A stretch of 64,000 nucleotides of DNA, taken from the IMG/VR virus record IMGVR_UViG_3300050505_000066, positions 1,017 through 65,016 of that record. One strand, written 5' to 3'. The notes beneath the pieces were generated by a model. The model had not been told where the DNA came from and did not search any database. It saw only the letters and a list, made by a program, of their open reading frames with translations. The position numbers and the translations under genes are program-made. This document shows positions 58,468 through 64,000 of the stretch, in pieces. This DNA comes from a virus. Within the stretch, counting starts at the first letter, position 1. Every line of letters begins with the position of its first letter.

Positions 58468-58543
58468 CCGTCTATAGTTCAGTGAATAGAACGCTTGGCT
58501 ACGAACCAAGAGGACGGGGGTTTAAATCCCTCTAGACGGTCCA
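58468..58543 (+). tRNA. tRNA-Arg (ACG), encoded CCA
   Basis: CCGTCTA/TAGACGG, CTTGG-CT ACG AA-CCAAG; T-loop TTTAAAT. Confidence 0.9.
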
Positions 58544-58546
58544 TTT

Positions 58547-58623
58547 CAGAGAGTAGCTCAGCCCGGTAGAGTTCTCGGCCTGGAACCGAGATGTCGCAGG
58601 TTCGAATCCTGCCTCTCTGACCA
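58547..58623 (+). tRNA. tRNA-Pro (UGG) with C33 and A37, encoded CCA
   Basis: C1-G72/A73, CTCGG-CC TGG AA-CCGAG. Confidence 0.9.
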
Positions 58624-58633
58624 CACAAAGAGG

Positions 58634-58707
58634 CTCTAAACGCGCAACGAGCAGTCTGAGGCACGGCCTTGGAGGAAGGCGGATGCGGCGGCTAGGATGG
58701 TTTAGAG
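58634..58707 (+). ncRNA. Candidate GC-rich rod-like RNA
   Basis: CTCTAAAC/GTTTAGAG, AGTC/GGCT, GCA/TGC, GCCTT/AAGGC. Confidence 0.45.
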
Positions 58708-58711
58708 TAAT

Positions 58712-58756
58712 AAAAAAGCCCCGAAGGATTAAGTTCCCTCGGGGCTTCTCTTTTTC
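58712..58756. terminator. Bidirectional intrinsic terminator at the convergence of the early and late blocks
   Basis: AAAAAA-GCCCCGA...TCGGGGC-TTCTCTTTTT. Confidence 0.85.
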
Positions 58757-58764
58757 TATTAAAT

Positions 58765-59277
58765 TTACACAGATAAACTCTTAATAGTCTCATCTTTTGT
58801 TTGACTTCCAGATGAACTACCAAAATAAAATCCTAATACAAGCATTAACGCTGAATTGAAAGTACCTAAAGCAATATTGATGATTTGAGCGTTAGATTGA
58901 GGAACTGTTTCCATAAGAAGATAAATCATAAGCCCAATCCACCCAACAACAACAACACCAGCTAATACAGCAGGAGTTTTACTCTTAGTTGAAAGTTGCA
59001 TTGCCCTGGCATTGGCTGTGTCCTCGGTGGCGAGCTTAATGACATCAATCTTTTGTTGTCCCATCTTCTCAACAAAATCAGTCTCAGCTTGCTTAAGTTT
59101 AATAAGAAGATCAGGACTTGCTGAAGCTAAAAGTTTCTCTATTTCCTCCTGCGAGGTAACAGATTTACCTAATACATCTCCAATAACTTTCTGAACGACC
59201 GAACCAAGTGGCCCAGGGAGAAGACCAGCGAAAATTGGGGTAACTGCTCCAAGAATTCCTTTTAGTGTTATACTCAT
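58765..59277 (-). CDS. Holin-like membrane protein (3TM/GTA-holin type)
   Basis: 'ANARAMQ', two C-terminal TM helices and 'VLGFYFGSS' ending. Confidence 0.7.
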   Translation of the reverse strand: MSITLKGILGAVTPIFAGLLPGPLGSVVQKVIGDVLGKSVTSQEEIEKLLASASPDLLIKLKQAETDFVEKMGQQKIDVIKLATEDTANARAMQLSTKSKTPAVLAGVVVVGWIGLMIYLLMETVPQSNAQIINIALGTFNSALMLVLGFYFGSSSGSQTKDETIKSLSV

Positions 59278-59627
59278 TTTCCTGATATCCCCTTAATCAG
59301 TACCCCTTCTAGAAAATCTATACGATTTCTAGCTCTTTCATTTTCAGCACGTAATATATCTCGTTGTTCTTTTGATACATTTATTTCTCTTTCAAACTCA
59401 CCCCGATGAATAAATCCATTATTATTCATCTCTTCCAAGATATTTTTAATGTCTTTAGCATTTGAATCTCCTTGTCCCTTAAGTCTATAGTAAAGCATTA
59501 AAGAAGTCCCTACAAGAGCAAGGATTTGAACAATAATTTGAATTAAGGCTTGAAGCATGTTAGCATCCATTGGTGTCCTCTTATTGGGTTTGCTTAGCCT
59601 GTTCTTTGGCTTGGACTTCTGGTCCAC
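59274..59627 (-). CDS. Single-TM coiled-coil protein (likely start MDANML); lysis-associated by position
   Basis: One hydrophobic helix followed by a charged coiled-coil. Confidence 0.5.
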   Translation of the reverse strand: MDQKSKPKNRLSKPNKRTPMDANMLQALIQIIVQILALVGTSLMLYYRLKGQGDSNAKDIKNILEEMNNNGFIHRGEFEREINVSKEQRDILRAENERARNRIDFLEGVLIKGISGK

Positions 59628-62600
59628 CTAATCCAACAAGAGCTTTATACTTCATGCGGATAGGTTCTTGTGCTTTTTGAACAACATTATTCAGAAGTTT
59701 CCGTTTTTGTTCATCACTAAGATTGGTAAATTGTGGTTGTTGAAATATATCAATTGCTTCATGAACAACTTGATCTGCGGCTTTATTCATTTCTATGAAA
59801 TATTGTTCTTTTTGTTTTCCTTTAAGTTCAAATTCTTTGTCTTGATATTTTAACTTTCTTTCAACATCAGGAGGTTCCCAAGCGAGTTTGTTTTTGAGTT
59901 CAAGTTCAGGTGATGTAGGTGTTGCTGTAAAAACTTGTTTACTTGCTCTAAGAAGTCTATTTTCGACCTGCATACGAGGTTTTCCAGAAGTTGTAATATC
60001 TGCAGGAACACGTTCAGATAAACCAGGAATCATGTTCTCGATGGCTTCTTGGAGATTAGATGGTTTTCGAACAACTGGATCAATTTGATTTCTTATGTCT
60101 CGAAGAACATTAGGGAAAAATCCAGTAACAAGAAGTCGTTTGAAATTCTCAAGATTAGCATGTGGGTCTTCAAGAGCTTGAGATAGGTCTTCAATGCTTC
60201 CTAAGAATGGAAGATCAAATCCGCCATGAGCGTATTGATAAATTAATTTTTGAGACATCGTAGATGCTTCGTCATATTTATCATTAACTATGGCAGTTTT
60301 AATTGCTGTAATGTGTTGTAAAAACGTTCCTAATGGTTGAGTTTTATCAAATTTAATAAAATATTTTCCAATTCGGATAGACCAAGGTTGAATATTGTTA
60401 TCTTTCCAATGTTGTCTTTCTTTAGGATTATGTGGAAAAGCTCCATACATTTCAAAATTGTTTGCGAGAGTTAATCCAACACCTGTTAAGAAAATACCAG
60501 TTAATTGTCTTCCAATCTCATCTGCTCGACGAAGAGGCTCTTTAGCAAAAAGGTTCTCTTTAACCTCACCACTAAAAGCAAGACCTAAAGGAGAAGACCT
60601 TGAAGCCATTTTTGAGACATTATATGGGAATTTAACAACTGGCATAATAAGTCTCATGAAAGGAAGATTCTGAATTTTTTGAATAACTTTAAGAAGAGCA
60701 TCCGGGTCTTCCTGACCAGTTAATTTCTTCGCAACTTCATCAGCTTCAAAATGCCATTCTTTATTAGGATGTTCCATTAAAAATCGGAAACGTTCCATTA
60801 ATTGTTCTGGATTTGTTATTCCTTCAGAAAGTGCTTGAGTGTAAACTTTAGTTGCCATCTCAGAATGATAACTAACAGCATGCCAAGCATTCGTGACCGC
60901 CTGAAGAGCACTTAATACATTAACGGGACGAAGTTTTTTAGCTAAACGAGGAGAACCATAAATTCGTTTAAATGATGTAATGTCTCCGTCTAAGATTGTT
61001 CCAGCAGGAGTATCATCAAGATACACTTGCTTAAATGCTTTAAACCCATTACGAAAACCTTCTTTAACGCCAAAAGCAAATTTAAGATTAGCTAAAGCCT
61101 CAGCATCATATCCTTGAACTTTAAGAATTCCAGCACTTAAAGTTTTTGAAACTCCTCTAAATGCATAGAAAAATGAGTCTGTTAAGAATTTAAGAGGCGG
61201 AAGAGCAACCGTTTCAAGTTTAGCAAATACTGAGTATGTTTCAATTGTACGAAGCATACTTTTCTTTTCAGGTGTATTTGGATTGACTTTAGCTTCTTCT
61301 TCAGCACGGATAGCTTCTAGTTTAGCTGCCATCTGCGAGGGAGGAATATTCTGATCCCACAATTCAGTTGTTCGTTTTACAATATTTTCTCCAGCACTAA
61401 AAACTTTTTGAATTTCAAGAGCACGACCAGGAGTTCCAGTAAGGTTATGATATCCGGCTTCAGTCTTTAAAAATAAACTCTTAACGTGTTCAGCACCTTC
61501 TGTAAAACCACTTGTAATAGCATCCCAATATGTATTCCAAAGATGAGTTCTTAGAATAGCTGCACGAACCTCATCTGTAGGGTGTACGGGTTTATCAGGA
61601 GTCCAATTGCTCAATTCCTCAATTGTCATAGCAGGTGATTCTAGGGCTTTTTGAACGGTTTCAGCGTGGGATATACGTCTCCCACCACCCATTTCTTCAA
61701 GTTGCTGACGATATGCGGGACTGGTTTCTAGTTTCCTCGCGGCTTCTTGATGAATTGGGTCTAACTGGTGTGCTCGGGACGATGTCCCATTAGGTGCTCC
61801 CAAGTTGGGACTGGTGGGGAACCTTGGGGCCTGATCTTCAACGCTAGTTGGTAAAGGTCCTTGGGATTTAGTCCCTGTTTCTTTGCTAGGTTTAATACTG
61901 CCTTTATTGGTTCCAGTTGCACTTTCCCTAATAGGGTTGGCAACAGGTGATACAACATTTGGCGTTCCTTTTGATCCTTTAATTCGTTTGTAGTCATTGT
62001 GGATAAGCTTTGCGAGGCCATTATCATTTTCATCCATTCCTTCTAGAAGAAGTTTTTTGAGTTCAGGAAGATCATTAGCAAGTCGGGAGATATTATGAGT
62101 TAACTCATAGGCAAAATTTGTACCTTCATCTCTGTAAATATTGTGGGTCAGTTCATGAATAATTGCCCCAACTGCTTGTCCAGCATAAGCATCATTAATT
62201 GCATCCCAAGAATTTGGAATTTTCTTTTCAAGTAAAAGATTTTGAACACTTTCCCAAATATTATATGGATGGACTGTAATTAAATTTTTAGTCGAATTTT
62301 CATATGAACCTGGGATATTAGCAGCTTCATGGGTTCCACCAGAAATATCTATTCCCCAAAATTTAGAGTTTAAATATTTTTTATTATATTTAACTAATTT
62401 TTGAACAACCGCATCATGAATATCTTGAAGAGTTCCAGAAAGAGCCTCATAAATTGGAGATTCTGCAATATCTTGAACAATTTCAAGTGGACGGTTAGAG
62501 ATATCTAATATCTTAAAATTACTCCCGAGGATTCTAGGAGCACGATGGACAGCAGTTAAATGATCATTAATTGATTGTTCAATAGCAGCACGTTCTGCTT

Positions 62601-63999
62601 TTTTGCGTTCAATTCGAATTTTTGCTCGTTGTTCTTTAGATAATTCTGAAGGTTCTTGAGGAGCCAATTTCTTCTCAAGCTGATCAATTAAATCCAACAT
62701 TTTTTGATTATCTTCAGGCGATAATCCAGTTTGTAGAATTTCTTTTCCTGTGATATCTAATTTCTTTGTTGGAATTACATTTATTTTTTGTTGAATTTCT
62801 TCCTGTCGAGTTTTAGGTTCTTCAATTTTAGGTTCAAGTTCTGGAAGAGCTGGTTCTTTTACATCTGTTCGAAGAAAAGGATTTTCAAGTTTCTTTTGGA
62901 TAATTCCAATTGCTTTATTACGAATTGATGGATTAATATCTGTTCCACCAAAATCTTTAACAATTTCAGTTGCTTGAGTTACTGGATCAATCCCCCGAGG
63001 CACCATATCTGGATGAAATGCATTAGCAAATTTCATTATAGCATGTTCAGATTCAACAGGTGTTTTAGCCGAAGCTAAGGCTTTTCCAGCTGCCTCGGCT
63101 TTGGTCATAGGATAATGAATTCGTTCATTTCCTAGTTCATCTTTATATAACCAAGTTCCATCAGGTTTACGTTCAATAGGGGAACCAGAGAACCAATCTG
63201 AAGTAATATGTTTATCAAGAGCAGCTTTAGCTGTTTTACCAACGTCTCCAACAGCACCTAAAACTGGACCAGCAATTGCTCCGGCTTTAGCTCCTTCAAT
63301 AACCCCTTGGACTCCTGTTGAAAAAGCTTTTCCAAGATCACCACTTGTAGCAAGTTCTTTGGTTCCAGCATATGTTCCACCAAAAGTACCAAAACCTACT
63401 GCACCGTGGATAGAACGTTTAGCAATGGTTCCTAATAACCCTTTAGCTGCTGATCCTTCAAGAAAGGGAATGGCTTCAGTTAATCCACCAGTTAGAGATG
63501 CAGCAGCAGTAGCAGCGGCAAAAGCACCACCACGAGCTAGATGTTGTCCAGCTTGTTTTTGTAGTTGTTCTCTTTGTGGATTTTCTTGTGGGGGAACACC
63601 AAATGCTGTATTCTTTGCTTGCTGTAATTGATCAGAAACCAGTTGGCCTGTTTCAGCTAATCCTTTAGGAATTCCAGTGATATCATTGATAATACCAGCA
63701 CCAAAATCTTTAGCCATAGCTACGCCCCGAGGAATCAATCCTGGTTTTGGTGGTGGTGTCCAGTCTTGTCCATACAATTTATGAGCAACTTGCATAAATT
63801 GCTCAGGCGTAGCTTCAGGAAGATTTACCTGTTTAGCTGTTTTTAGAACCACAATATCTGGTTGATCTTTAAAAAGATCAGGATGTTCAGCTCGAATTTT
63901 TGAAGAAATATGTTTAATTAACGAGTCTTGACTCTCTTTCTGATATTGTTGATCTAAATCTTGATTTGCAGTCTCTGGTAAATCTGAATAACCAATAGT
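59581..63999 (-). CDS. Large virion / DNA-ejection polyvalent-type protein (5' end outside the window)
   Basis: The frame stays open to the window edge (TIGYSDLPE...QPDIVVLK); contains HELTH metallopeptidase motif and a C-terminal 'PWSIRIG...QPLG' region typical of large ejection proteins. Confidence 0.7.
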   Translation of the reverse strand, partial: TIGYSDLPETANQDLDQQYQKESQDSLIKHISSKIRAEHPDLFKDQPDIVVLKTAKQVNLPEATPEQFMQVAHKLYGQDWTPPPKPGLIPRGVAMAKDFGAGIINDITGIPKGLAETGQLVSDQLQQAKNTAFGVPPQENPQREQLQKQAGQHLARGGAFAAATAAASLTGGLTEAIPFLEGSAAKGLLGTIAKRSIHGAVGFGTFGGTYAGTKELATSGDLGKAFSTGVQGVIEGAKAGAIAGPVLGAVGDVGKTAKAALDKHITSDWFSGSPIERKPDGTWLYKDELGNERIHYPMTKAEAAGKALASAKTPVESEHAIMKFANAFHPDMVPRGIDPVTQATEIVKDFGGTDINPSIRNKAIGIIQKKLENPFLRTDVKEPALPELEPKIEEPKTRQEEIQQKINVIPTKKLDITGKEILQTGLSPEDNQKMLDLIDQLEKKLAPQEPSELSKEQRAKIRIERKKAERAAIEQSINDHLTAVHRAPRILGSNFKILDISNRPLEIVQDIAESPIYEALSGTLQDIHDAVVQKLVKYNKKYLNSKFWGIDISGGTHEAANIPGSYENSTKNLITVHPYNIWESVQNLLLEKKIPNSWDAINDAYAGQAVGAIIHELTHNIYRDEGTNFAYELTHNISRLANDLPELKKLLLEGMDENDNGLAKLIHNDYKRIKGSKGTPNVVSPVANPIRESATGTNKGSIKPSKETGTKSQGPLPTSVEDQAPRFPTSPNLGAPNGTSSRAHQLDPIHQEAARKLETSPAYRQQLEEMGGGRRISHAETVQKALESPAMTIEELSNWTPDKPVHPTDEVRAAILRTHLWNTYWDAITSGFTEGAEHVKSLFLKTEAGYHNLTGTPGRALEIQKVFSAGENIVKRTTELWDQNIPPSQMAAKLEAIRAEEEAKVNPNTPEKKSMLRTIETYSVFAKLETVALPPLKFLTDSFFYAFRGVSKTLSAGILKVQGYDAEALANLKFAFGVKEGFRNGFKAFKQVYLDDTPAGTILDGDITSFKRIYGSPRLAKKLRPVNVLSALQAVTNAWHAVSYHSEMATKVYTQALSEGITNPEQLMERFRFLMEHPNKEWHFEADEVAKKLTGQEDPDALLKVIQKIQNLPFMRLIMPVVKFPYNVSKMASRSSPLGLAFSGEVKENLFAKEPLRRADEIGRQLTGIFLTGVGLTLANNFEMYGAFPHNPKERQHWKDNNIQPWSIRIGKYFIKFDKTQPLGTFLQHITAIKTAIVNDKYDEASTMSQKLIYQYAHGGFDLPFLGSIEDLSQALEDPHANLENFKRLLVTGFFPNVLRDIRNQIDPVVRKPSNLQEAIENMIPGLSERVPADITTSGKPRMQVENRLLRASKQVFTATPTSPELELKNKLAWEPPDVERKLKYQDKEFELKGKQKEQYFIEMNKAADQVVHEAIDIFQQPQFTNLSDEQKRKLLNNVVQKAQEPIRMKYKALVGLGGPEVQAKEQAKQTQ

Positions 64000-64000
64000 T

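Noticed and set aside
58624-58707. Theta/HDV-like ribozyme after tRNA-Pro (also tested at 24210-24251)
   Set aside because: A J4/2-like GGC(T/G)A and a P2 candidate exist, but there is no P1, P1.1 or L3 consensus.
808-63631. Numerous short antisense or nested ORFs in the six-frame track
   Set aside because: They are shadows of longer, motif-bearing genes on the other strand or frame, with no independent support.
1-64000. CRISPR array, integrase, transposase, reverse transcriptase, rRNA
   Set aside because: No regularly spaced repeats and no recognisable catalytic motifs for these in any ORF of the window.

Overview
The window is most of the genome of a tailed dsDNA phage, probably podovirus-like and lytic (no integrase or repressor seen), roughly high-30s % GC by eye. 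There are three blocks. (i) 1-21.5 kb, minus strand: packaging and morphogenesis (terS, terL, portal, scaffold, DUF5309/SU10-type major capsid, tail proteins, tail fibre), with an embedded glycosyltransferase and a secreted beta-helix/dockerin protein. (ii) 22.1-58.7 kb, plus strand: early and replication genes (amidoligase + GATase, RtcB, Rnl2-like ligase, nucleotidyltransferase, dCTP deaminase, GroES, a GNAT-DegT-GT2 sugar cassette, AEP primase, family A polymerase with a degenerate UDG-like domain, M15 endolysin, class II RNR, 9 tRNAs). (iii) 58.8-64 kb, minus strand: holin-like genes and a large ejection-type protein cut by the window edge. The most unusual signals are: two adjacent non-structural genes carrying codon-diverged peptide copies of the phage's own portal and major capsid protein (candidate decoys of immune triggers); a complete type II hammerhead ribozyme plus several unexplained structured RNAs in a phage that encodes RtcB; a cluster of sigma54-type -24/-12 elements at the early/late divergence; a strongly over-represented TGCCTCG motif; atypical tRNAs; and an apparent AUU start for the DegT gene. 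All family assignments come from motif reading by eye; no database searches or folding programs were run.
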